From Azolla caroliniana (lineage: Eukaryota; Plantae; Polypodiophyta), in NCBI GenBank assembly GCA_043228905.1, contig JBHGNT010000014.1, positions 2,542,001 to 2,606,000 of the forward strand: DNA of 64,000 nt, given 5' to 3'. Positions 25,609-37,264 of this stretch are shown one piece after another. How positions within the stretch are numbered: the stretch's first letter is position 1; each line of letters starts with the position of its first letter. The position numbers and the translations under genes are program-made. Below the pieces are notes generated by a model that did no database searches, was not told the origin of the DNA, and worked only from the letters and a program-made list of their open reading frames with translations.

Positions 25609-26179
25609 TTTTGCTTTCAATTAGGGCTTCTTCTTCTTTTTTATTAACTTCACAGACAACTCTCTCTTATTCATATCAGCAACTAGAAACAAACTTCTCA
25701 GATCTCTGTACTGTTCTAATTTTCTTTATGAGCAACTCGACTCTGATACCATGTTACAAAGGCATTATGGTTCTTCTGTGTGCACAACGGATCGTGATGT
25801 GTTGGATTGTTTAGTGCTCAAGACAAAAAGGGGAAGGGGAAGGAGACTTACCGTTGCACAGTCCAAAAGCTTCTACTTCATTACACGCAGAGCTCAACTC
25901 GCTCTCGTCAATTTTCTGTTTTTCTGTTCTTAAAACTCTTTGCACTAATCTCACTCTTCTACACTTCTACTTCTACTTACTACACTTACTTTTTACCTAA
26001 GTACATAAGTGACTTATATATGCAACTAATTAGCTGTCTGTAGCTAAATAGTTGTGCATAGCTAAATAGTTGTTTCACCTTTATGTCCACTAGTAGCTAA
26101 TTAGCTAATAGCTACTATAGCTTATTTCTCAATAAGCATCACATACCTTTGTTGAGCTTGCTTCTCAACAATTTTGACA
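25609..26179 (-). mobile_element. 5' LTR, Met-i PBS and short leader of another LTR element; the rest is deleted
   Basis: CTCTGATACCA at 25741-25751 is a reverse PBS, followed by TGTTAC at 25752. The LTR ends at about 26170-26179, where the Penelope-like peptide breaks off. Confidence 0.6.
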
Positions 26180-26529
26180 TCTAAAAGGGAGTTATTGTAT
26201 GAACAAATAGATCTAAAGCCTATTGGGTTCTTATGGAGTTTCGGGAAGAAATAGATATTACAGACTTGGTACCCTTTCGAGGGTTTATGTAGTATGTAGT
26301 TGATTTTTATGGTGGATAAGGTACCTAGATGGTTGTTAAGAATGCTTTTCAATCTATATGATAACTCCTCAAGTGGATAGTGGGAGACTACTTTATAGGT
26401 ATTAGCATCGGAAAGGTGTTCTATAGCTTTGTTATAGTATGTGTCCTTGTTAAGAACACAAACTCCAACGTTTTTGTCGGCATGCAAGATTATGATTCTA
26501 TTGTTATTCTTAAGAGATTGTAAGGCTAG
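26180..26529 (-). pseudogene. Penelope-like element ORF, second part (pre-RT region)
   Basis: The peptide LQSLKNNNRIIILHADKNVGVCVLNKDTY...LSDANTY...YFFPKLHKNPIGFRSICS resembles the PLE DKG and PKxHK..RPIxS motifs. Confidence 0.8.
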
Positions 26530-26581
26530 TGTCGTGACTTGAGAATAGGAGAGAGAAAAATTAAGATGACAATAGAAGGTA

Positions 26582-26613
<32 letters not shown>

Positions 26614-26985
26614 ACACTAGAAATGGAAAGAGAGTTTATATTATAAGAGAGCAAGGATTACAAAGAGTAGGCTAAGGGGCTACAAACTGGTGTTAAACCA
26701 AATGAGTTGTGATGAATGAATAGACACCTATTTATAGGTCCTTATGGAGTATTCTAGAATGTTCTAGAATATTTTAGATATTTATGATATTTAATATAAT
26801 AATGGAATATCCTAGAATGTTCTTGAATACTCTAGAATGTTCTAGAATATTCTAAATATCTTGTAATAACTAATAATACATTTATCATAACTATGCATCA
26901 TATATGTTAGTATAATGGTTAAAGGTCTAACATATAGACCAAGACATCTTAGGCTCGAATCCTTGTAAGGCCAAAATGTATGTCG

Positions 26986-28723
26986 TCATGACATTATCCC
27001 CCCTTTTCGACGACGATTTCCACGAGTCGGAAGACAAGATTTCGGACTTGGCTTATGGGGATATTTGTTGTGAAATGCGGCAACCATTTTGGAGGCATTA
27101 GCAAGATTCTCAAGAGGTTCCCATGTTCGATCATTAGGTGTATAACCTAACCAGTCAACCAAATAATACATGTTGTTGCGAACGATCTTGGAGTCGAGAA
27201 TGGCAGCAACTTCATATTCGGAGCCATCCGAAACTTCGATTGGAGGTCGGGGAGATGTAAGACGGCCTGGAATAGAGTTGGTTGTGTACGGCTCCAAAAG
27301 TGAAACATGGAAGACCGGGTGAAGATGCATATGAGGGGGAAGATCAAGGCGAAATGCCACATCATTGATCTTACCAGATATCACATATGGGCCAAAACAT
27401 TGATAATCCAATTTGCTGCAAGGTCAGGTTGTTTTAATGTGACCTTGTAAAAGCCATACTCAATCTCCCACTTGAAACGTAGTCGATGAATCACGTCGAT
27501 GACGGTTGGCAACCTTCTTTTGAGTGTTTTGAGCATCACATAAATGGTGCATAAGGATATCTTGAACTTCTTGGAGTCGAGTGAGCCGATCTTCAGCAGT
27601 CGGGTTTGTCGGGAGTTCGAGATGTTCAAGCATAGTCCAACGAGGATGGTACCCAATGTTTGCAAAAAATGGGGAATATCCAGTAGAAGAATGTTATGAG
27701 TTGTTGTAAGCAAATTCCGCCAAATGTAATAGATCAACCCAATCATCTTGTTGATAGTTGATAAAACAATGAAGATATTGTTCTATTGTTTGGTTGGTGC
27801 GCTCACTCTGTCCGTTAGTTTCTAGATGGTGGCCGGAAGAGAGTTTACAAGAAGTATGTAAGAGTTTGAACATGTGTCGCCAAAATTTTGAGATGAACTG
27901 GGGACCCCAATCACTGATAATATCATCAGGAAGACCATGATGCCAAAACACCTCTCGCATGAGTAACTCGGCTGTCTCTTGGCTCGTAATGGCCTTGGTG
28001 CAGGGAAGAAAATGTGTCATCTTGGTAAAACGATCTACTACCGTGAGAATAGAATCAAAACCCTTGGAAGGTGGTAGATCCGTAATGAAGTCCAATGAAA
28101 TAGATTTCCATGGACTCTCAGGAATAGGCATTGGCTGTAATAAGCCATATGGATGATGTCGAGGTTTTTTGGATCGACAACATGTATCACAACTACGAAC
28201 ATAATCCGTAACAAAATGGCGAAGTCGTGGCCATCAATACCTTCGAGAAATTAATGTCAAAGTCTTGTGGATGCCGAAATGTCTAGCCATTGGTGTGTCA
28301 TGACATTGTTGCAAGACTTGGAGTCGAGAATGACCATCAGGCACATATAGGAGATTTTGTCAAAAAAGTAATCCATCATGCCAATTGAACTAGTTGTAGT
28401 CTTGACGAGGATTTTGAGATTGTGAACAAGAAGCATGATCTGGGATAATATGGTTCAGAATATCTTGGGCGAATTCATCAGTCTCAATATGCTCCCGAAT
28501 GGAGTCCAGAAGACTTGAACCCCCAAGTGTGTCTATAGCATGAAAAGCCATTAGTCATAGACGGTCGGGACCCAAGAGGATTTGCTTCTGACTTTCGAAT
28601 GTGGCCTCTCCTGGTTGAAGTTCCATATATGAACGCCGAGATAAAGCATCTACTTTTCCTTGTTGCATCCCAGGGCGATATAGAATTATGAAGTCAAAAT
28701 GAGTTAAAAACTGCGCCCAACGA
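26986..28723 (-). pseudogene. C integrase and chromodomain
   Basis: Motifs include PWKSISLDFITDLP, NGQSERTNQ, GPY and the chromodomain YEVAAILDSK..YYLVDWLGY..TWEP. Confidence 0.92.
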
Positions 28724-31700
28724 TGTCGTGAAGATTTTCATCCATAGGAGGAAATCGGGGTGGAATGAGCAAATCGGTGGTGTGTAACATGTGCACGTGT
28801 ATACTAGGAAATGGTGTGTAGAAAGAAGAGGGGAATTTTATCCCACATTGTAAGGTCCCTCCCTCCTTGGGCTATAAAAGGAAGGGAGGGGTCACTTATG
28901 AGGGGTTGCCTATTTGGAGGGAGAGAGGCATACCACTTAGGTCGAAGGTTTCCTATTCGGTTTTAGGGTTTCGGTTAGGGTTTTCTTCTTGGGTTTCCTT
29001 GAGGGTTTTACTATACCTCGCTACTTGCTTATCCTTCTAGGGTTTTTCTCTTAGTTTGGTGCGGTCCATGCGGCCACCATCGTTGTAATCAATCGTTCGT
29101 TTTAATATATCTTGTTGTGGATCTTGCTCCCATCTATTTTGGTCTATGCTTACGTGCTACTCTTCATCTTCTCATCCGGTGTTTAGTTTCCATTTCTCAT
29201 ATCTTATTCTTTCTCCTCTACTCCCTAGTCCAAGACCCCCGTGGTCCCGCCCCTTCTACACGCACGCGCATAACAACGCGACATCTTTGGTGAACCCGAC
29301 ATGAAGGGCGACAAGGGAGCATGGAGATGGAAGAAGACTTCGACTTCGAGGAGATGATGGCAAAGATCGTGATGGAAGCCGGACGGAAGAAGGCGAAGCG
29401 AGATACGGCTCAACAAGCCATCAAAAGGGTGGTCGATCGAGTCGGCCGGTTCAATGGGAACGAGGTCCCAAAAAATTTGGGAGCCTACAAGACCGAGATG
29501 GCAAAAGGGGGCGTGGACGAGGCGATGCGACTAGAGTATTTTCCTCGAGTGGCGGCCGTATCGGTGCACAAGGAGTTCAAGGAGCTACGAGAAGCTCACG
29601 AGTCATGGGAGTCCTTTGAGGGAGCTCTATTGGACGCATACGGATACGCGAAACCGGAGTGGGTATGCCGGCAACCCGATGGGGAGCGGTCGACAACAAC
29701 ACGGCCCGCGAGCGGCGGGGAAGAGAGAGCGGCGAGTGAGTACGCATTACCGCCGGAAGAGAGCTCAACGCAAAACGGTTCGGAGGAGCTCGACCTAGAG
29801 GTGCTAATAGGGGAGGCATGCGAGCTTGTGAAGGAGAAAATCGGAGCCGAAGAAGGGCTTGTCATGGAGTCGGGTCGGAGGCGATCGGAGGATGCGGAGG
29901 AAGAAGCCTCCCTAGACGTAGAAGACAGGGCCTATACGGAGGCTGGGAGAGTGTACGACGGCAACATAGGAGAGGGTGCAGAGCAAGCGACCCTCTTGCC
30001 TTGCGGTGAAGGGACGGCCATGGAGGCCGGTAACTACAGATTCGGGACATGGTGGCCCAAAACATCGAGTGGGGAGGAGACAAGCGGCGGTGCCGTGACC
30101 TTACACACACTGGTCCTAGAGGCTCCGGCGGTCGGCCCGAGTGCCGGCATGAGACCTAGAGCGACGGGCGGTGGCGGTGGCAAAGCAGGAAACCGAGACG
30201 AGGACGAGGACGAGGAGGTAGCAAGCATAACCGAGGCTTGCGTAACCAGGGACGAGATAGCCACGGACCACGGCGTCCGAACGAAGGTGGCTACAAACAT
30301 GGCATCGGCGAGTGATGGTACCGACACTTTTCCCACACCTATTCTAGAGACTTCGGCGGTCGGCCCCAAGAGCCCACATGAGACCAGAGAGACGGAAGGT
30401 GGCGGCGGCAAAGCGGACAATCGAAACAACGACAAGGAAGGTCATAGCGGATGGAGGAGAGACCCCTCGACACCGAGACCGGAGACTACGGCGGTTGCGC
30501 TCGAATGCCAACATAAGACCGGAGAGAAGGACAGTGGCCGTGAGGAGGCATGGCCCGGAGCAAACACGTGTGAAGATGAGGATGCGAGGCCCAGAACGGG
30601 CATATACAAGAGGACCGACGGAGAGGTTGGGAACGGCAAGGAGGAGAGAGTCGGGAACCGACCCGAATGGAATATGAACCGGTCGATAATCCGACACGAC
30701 CGGAAGACGAGGCGGAAGAAGATTGGAGCAGGGTCCGGTCAACCGGGCCCGAACCGAAGAAGAGCCGTGAAGACCGGATTTGTTTGGACAAACATGTACC
30801 GGCCAATTACAATCACAGAAGGGAGCCAACCAAACCGGAACTCAATCGGCCGAGACCGATCCAGGCGAAGGCTAAGTCGGCATGATTGGAGGTCGAGGCG
30901 AACGAGCCACAACACCCGGTGGGAACCAGTGAGCGCGAGAAGGAGGCCAAGCATGCGCGAGGATTACAACTCAGTGGGAGGCCAAGAGCGAGAGGAGCAC
31001 TCCACATCTATCCTTGAGACTTTGGCGATTGCGGATCAATGTAAGACCAAAGAGACGGCGGGTGGCGGCGACGAGTCAGAAGCCGGAATGGACAAGGATA
31101 ACGGAACGGGTATCTGATACGGGATGATGGACGAGCGGGCCCAAGACGATAAGCCAGGGTCGGAAGGGGATACGGCAACGAAGGGAGAAGAGGCCGACGC
31201 GGAGGTCGGGACTACGACAAGAGAAGCGTGTAACACGAAGCATACATTACGACGTAGGACGGAGCGTGCACTACGGCCGGCGAAGGGCCAAGAAGCAAGT
31301 GTGCATTCGGAGGAGCCGCAACGAGTGACCGACGATGACGGTCAGAGGAAGCCTTCAAGAGGCGAGCGCAAGACGACGGACGGTGCGACGAGATGCCAAG
31401 ATCGACGGAACGAGACGGGCGTGATCGGCATGAACGAAGGATTGTGTCTGGGAAAACGGAGGGGATGCGCGGAGAACAACGGGGTACACACCGGGAAGAG
31501 AAAACGCGGTGGCTTCCTGGAGGGCATGCAAGGCCAAGCGGGCCAAGAGGGCGAAAGTCGAGGCGAGGCAGTACCGAGAGCCTCGAGGGACACCAACACG
31601 AAGGTCGGGATGACGGTACGCTCTACGGCGAGAGAGCACGGCGGGCAAAGGAGAAGCAAGGAACGCGGAATGGGGTCGCCTAAGGGCCAAAGAATGAACG

Positions 31701-33080
31701 TGTATTCGGGGGACAACATCGGCGCGCAGGAAGAGCTTACAGAAGGCAAGCGCGGAGCAGGAAGAGTCGACACACGGAGGTGTTCGACACGCAGAGACGA
31801 TAAAACCAAAGGAGCAGCACGCAAAGGGCGGAAACTGGAGTGCGATTGGAGAGATCCGGAGCGCATCCGGAGGACATACGAGGCGGACCAAGAGGGTGTA
31901 CCTCGGGGCGAAGCGGCAACATCGGAGGTTGCGGAGGACACCGAAGATGAGAGCACCGATGCGGATGTCGGGGAAGCAACGCACCTTTTCGAAAGGGTAC
32001 GCGGAGCAAAGCGGAGTGCAAGACGTGCAATGTGGCCGCGTAAGGGCCGAGCGACGAGCACGAGGATGGTCGATGATGAAGTTTGGCGTGCGACAGTGCC
32101 GAGTCGAGGAAGCAGTCGAGGCAAGACAAGCATGGACGAGGAGGAGCACATGGTGCAATGTCCGGCAAACAATCGGGAAGAACGAGGATTCGGCCCAAGG
32201 TCGCAGGTGGAAAACGAAGGAAGCCGAAGAAAGGTGTGCAAAGGTCGGGTCTGGCGAATCGGGCGGAGATAGTGGTTCGGCGAACTCCGTCGAGTATGGT
32301 GGATCAAATGGAGCCGACGGTTCGAGAGCATACGACGGATATGGCGGACCGGGAGGCTACGGTGGTCCATGTGGGACGGATGGGCTTGCTCGAAGTAGAA
32401 GACGAAGTCGGGCAAAGCTGACAAAGACGCTAAGGACTCGGTTGACCGCCATGGCCAAAAATCCTACCTCTTTCCCCTTCTTGGCACATACCGGTGGATG
32501 TGCGGTTTGGTGGGGGCGGATGTCGTGAAGATTTTCATCCATAGGAGGAAACCGGGGTGGAATGAGCAAATCGGTGGTGTGTAACATGTGCACGTGTATA
32601 CTAGGAAATGGTGTGTAGAAAGAAGAGGGGAATTTTATCCCACATTGTAAGGTCCCTCCCTCCTTGGGCTATAAAAGGAAGGGAGGGGTCACTTATGAGG
32701 GGTTGCCTATTTGGAGGGAGAGAGGCATACCACTTAGGTCGAAGGTTTCCTATTCGGTTTTAGGGTTTCGGTTAGGGTTTTCTTCTTGGGTTTCCTTGAG
32801 GGTTTTACTATACCTCGCTACTTGCTTATCCTTCTAGGGTTTTTCTCTTAGTTTGGTGCGGTCCATGCAGCCACCATCGTTGTAATCAATCGTTCGTTTT
32901 AATATATCTTGTTGTGGATCTTGCTCCCATCTATTTTGGTCTATGCTTACGTGCTACTCTTCATCTTCTCATCCGATGTTTAGTTTCCATTTCTCATATC
33001 TTATTCTTTCTCCTCTACTCCCTAGTCCAAGATCCCCGTGGTCCCACCCCTTCTACATGCACGCGCGTAACAACGCGACA
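28724..33080 (+). mobile_element. Complete non-autonomous LTR retroelement X2
   Basis: The 560-bp LTRs at 28724-29283 and 32521-33080 differ at about 7 positions by eye. The 4-bp TSD ACGA is at 28720-28723 and 33081-33084, the Trp PBS TGGTGAACCCGAC at 29288, and the PPT GGTGGGGGCGGA precedes 32521. Confidence 0.93.
29321..32272 (+). pseudogene. X2 Gag-like ORF (about 983 codons) with a single in-frame TGA at 31115-31117
   Basis: ORFs 29321-31117 and 31124-32272 share one frame. X1 has Arg at the stop position (GIRYEMMDER versus GI*YGMMDER). Confidence 0.8.
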
Positions 33081-36000
33081 ACGAGCTTGTCGACGATTCA
33101 AGACTCGAGCACTTTGGAAGTACGTTAGATTTTTGTGATCATTATAGACAATGATTTGTTGAGACAAACCCTCCAAAAAGTGATGGCATTGTTGAAAAGA
33201 ATCCACAATGGCAAGAAGCTCTTTGTCGTGAATCTCATAGTTTATTTCTGCAGCTTCGAATTTCCATGAATGCAAAGCCACAGGGTGCAGTTGGCCATCA
33301 TTGCTAATTTGGGATAATACGCTTCCTAGTGTGAAGTCCAATGCATCAGCTTCCAGTATAAAGCGTTTCAATGGATCAACATGCATCAAAATTGGTGCGG
33401 ATGTAAATGCTTGCTTTAATCCTTCAAATGCAGAGTTTGCATTTATACTCCACACAAATGGTTGATTCTTCTGTGTCAGTTGAGTGAGGGGCAATACGAT
33501 CTTTGAATAATCTTTGATGAGCTTGCGATAAAACTTTGCGAACCCTAAAAACATTGTACATCTCTCACAGACTATGGTGTTTGCCAATCCAAAACTGTTT
33601 GAACCTTTGCTGGATCCATAGAGATGCCATGTGAAGAGACTATGTACCCCAAAAATTCCACTTGACGCTGGTCAAAACTACACTTCTCCAATTTTGCATA
33701 GAGACCATATTCACACAACCGTTGTAAAGCTTGTCGAACGTGTATATCATGATCCTCTTGAGTTTTTGAGATCAAGATATCATCCAGGTAAATTATGACG
33801 AAAATATCGAGGAAATCTCGAAAAATGTCATTCGCCATATGTTGGAAAACTACCGGTGCATTCATGAGACCAAATGGCATCACTATATACTCAAAATGGC
33901 CATAGTGAGTATGGAAAGCAGTCTTCCATTCATCCCCAAGACGAATTCGAACAAGATTGTAAGCACCTCGAAGATCTAACTTTGTGAAATACTTAGCTTC
34001 ATTGAGGCGTTCCAGAAGGCTCGAAATCAATGGTAGAGCATATCGGTTTCGAATAGTTACTTTATTCAATCCTCGATAATCCACGACCAGACGAAGCGAA
34101 CCATCTTTCTTCTTAACGAAAAATATAGGTGCGCCGGCAGGAGATCTTGAATGTTGGATAAACCCATTCGCCAAGTTCTCATCAATATATTCCCAAAGAA
34201 CCTCTAACTCCGTGGGTGAAAGGTTATAAATTCGCCCCCATGGAGGCTCTTTTCCGGGATGCAAATCAATCGGGCAATCATATGGTCGATGCTCTGGTAG
34301 TCTATTGGCCTTTCCCTTATCAAACACATCGGAGAATTCTATATATTTCTTCGGTAGTTGGACCCCTGATTCTTGTGAGCTCGATGTGGGAGTTGTTAAA
34401 ACTGCGAACACCAACATGTCTTCCTTCCGTCCTTCCTCGCGTAATTGATGTATAGAGATTGTCAAAATCTTTTGGAATGTCATATCCTTTGTTGGAGTTT
34501 TAAGAGGTTTAGACTGTATTGTGACCTCTTCAATGGTTCTTTTTCTCCAATCAATAGTTGGGTTATGTAGCTCAAACCATGGAAGACCAAGAACTAGGGA
34601 GTGCTCTGGACTACTAATGATGTTGAATGAGATGACACTAGCCAAATTGCCTAGGACTACATGAATTGGTTCAGACTCTTCGACTATATCACCTGATGCT
34701 ATGGGGCGTCTATCAATGACTCCGACTGACACTGGGCTTGGGAGCTTATGCAACTGAATATTATGCATTACAGCAAACTCACGATCCATGAAACAAGAGT
34801 TGGCTCCAGAGTCTAAGAGGGTAGAAGTTGGGACTCGATGGCACCTAGATGTGTTAAGCTCAACTTGTGCAGAGAAAACTCGACTAACTTGACCGGATGA
34901 AATGGAACCACAACTAGGGACGGACGTTACATGCCTAGGGCTATCCAACCAAATGGCTCCGATTTTGGCCGGACTTACTCATTTAACACATCATCTAATT
35001 GGCTCAAGACATCAAATGTATTTTTATGACAGGGACTACTAGGCCTACTTGGGTTACGAGAAGGCAGGGCAGAAATTGAGATGGGATTGTCATGAGCACT
35101 TACTTGGTTAACTTTTCATCATGGTGTATGTGGACGATTCACAGCAATATGCCCTGGACCACCACAATAGAGGCATAGACGATTCACTCGCTGTCGTTGC
35201 TTTTCAGCATCCGATAATGGTCCTCGACGTCGTGTTGTCTCAATTTCCATTGGAGTAGGGCCTTCCACCACACTTGACTTTGATACTTGGGGTGGAGTTG
35301 CAACCACCGAAGCATATGTTTCTGTTGGTCGGAAGCGTAACATTTGTTGGCGCTCAGAACGCCGCTCAAATAAGTGATTGTCACATCGCACGGCCCAACT
35401 TACTACTTCAGTAAGAGATTTTGGATCATCATGGAAGGTAAGAAGTAAATCCTTCACATCATTGTGCAGACCTTGAAGAAATTGGTCCATTAATGCCGCC
35501 TCGTCCCATGGAATATCACATGCTAGAAGGCGAAAATCTGCAACATAAGCGGAAGCAGGATGATCTCCTTGTCGTAATCGCCGAATTTTGTTTATTGTAG
35601 TCCTCATAATATCAGTGTTTCCAAAGTTGGCTTGGAACTCATTAATAAACCCTTCAAAATCTTCTAATAATGGTGAGTGCTTCTCTAGGAGTGGTGCAAA
35701 CTACGCTAATGCGGTACTCGTTAACAAGGTACCAACTAGACCCACACTAGCAACATCAGTTGGGTAACGGCTAGGATGCAATTTAATCACAAGCCGTACC
35801 TGATTTAAAAATCCACGAAATTGAGACCTTGTACCATCAAACTTGGCCGGCAGACTAATCTTGGGTCCCTTCGGCGAGGTTTGAACTTCCGCCACTTGTC
35901 GTTGCAATATAGTAGTCTCCAATTGATGCACCCATTGAGATCATTCTTCATATTGTTGTACTTTCTCAGCACTTACTTGTTGTAGCTCTCCCAGCAATCT

Positions 36001-36093
36001 TTGATTTTCATGCTCTAGTGCCACGAATTTGGTTGTTAGCATTTCGAGCTCGGAGAGAACACGCATATATTCTTGCTTGCTGACAGACTCCAT
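33081..36093 (-). pseudogene. C gag, protease, RT and RNase H
   Basis: Motifs include PAKFDGTRSQFRGF, CLYCGGPGH, LLDSGANSCF, FVKKKDGSLRLVVDYRGLN, YLDDIL and NYEIHDKELLAIV. Confidence 0.92.
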
Positions 36094-36234
36094 AGTTGCG
36101 ATAGAAAATTGCTAGATTTGCCTGAATAAGGTTAAGATAAGAAGAAGTTGGAGAAGAAGAAAAGAGTTAGATTTTGTTCAAACTGTCGTGACTTGAGAAT
36201 AGGAGAGAGAAAAATAAGATGACAATAGAAGGTA

Positions 36235-36270
<36 letters not shown>

Positions 36271-36572
36271 ACTAGAAATGGAAAGAGAGTTTATATTATA
36301 ATAGAGCAAGGATTACAAAGAGTAGGCTAAGGGGCTACAAACTGTTGTTGAACCGAATGAGTTGTGATGAATGAATAGACACCTATTTATAGGTCCTTAT
36401 GGAGTATTCTAGACTGTTCTAGAATATTCTAAATATCTTGTAATAACTAATAATACATATATATCATAACTATACATCATATATGTTAGTATAATGGTTA
36501 AAGGTCTAACATATAGACCAAGACGTTTTGGGCTCGAATCCTTGTAAGGCCAAAATGTATGTCGTCATGACA

Positions 36573-36982
36573 GCTAGTGCTAAGTGGGGTGCAATCCTTG
36601 GGGGTTCAAATTTGAGTGTATGAAGTGTGTTCCTAAAGATAGTTTGGTGTTTAGCTATAATTTTTTCTAGGGGAGTGTACTTAGTAGGAGATTGCCAACT
36701 AGGGTTAGGTAGCCTAAAGGGATTTAGGGGGGGATTATCCACAACTTTGAAAAAATGTTTAAGCCGAAGGGTCCTACTTAGGCTATCAAATTCTTTAAAT
36801 AGGGTAGGAGATGGTGGTGGAAAAGATGGAAGGATGTGTTTCAAACCTAGGTTAAGGACTTGTGTCTCATGTTTAGAGAGGGAATAATCAGACCGGTTGT
36901 GGATCCTACTATTCATTATGGGTTTCCTAAGTAAACGGGTCCAAAATTTATCATGGGGTTTCCTACTATGGGTCTTTTTCAC
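36573..36982 (-). pseudogene. Penelope-like element ORF, first part
   Basis: NRSDYSLSKHETQVLNLGLKH...RTLRLKHFF resembles PLE N-termini. It joins in frame to 26524 when chromovirus C and one TSD copy are removed. Confidence 0.75.
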
Positions 36983-37264
36983 ATATGGGGAAGGGAAATT
37001 TAGATGTATGACGTCCTAACCACATGAAAGTATCTAATGTAGAAGTAGGCCTATCTAGAAGGTATAAGAGATGTTTCGCAAGATGTATGGCGTGCCGAAA
37101 CTATTTACTATCCCGTTTGGCACGCCTTGCTACACATTTTTTGTCCTAACATTATTACATGGGAAAGGTTGTAGTTTCGAGGGAAGGGGGTGATTATTAT
37201 GAGTGGGGATAGATTTTTTTTATAGGAGATTTCATATATATGTGGGCGATTATTATGAGTGGGG

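Larger units (their letters stand above)
26530..36572 (-). mobile_element. Chromovirus (Ty3/gypsy, Tcn1/Tf-like) element C, interrupted by X2
   Basis: The LTRs are at 26530-26993 and 36184-36572, with a 5-bp TSD GCTAG at 26525-26529 and 36573-36577. A PPT lies next to 26994. Confidence 0.93.

Noticed and set aside
36983-37260. Hammerhead ribozyme expected near a Penelope-like element
   Set aside because: No CTGANGA core paired with GAAA could be found by eye; an Infernal search would be decisive.
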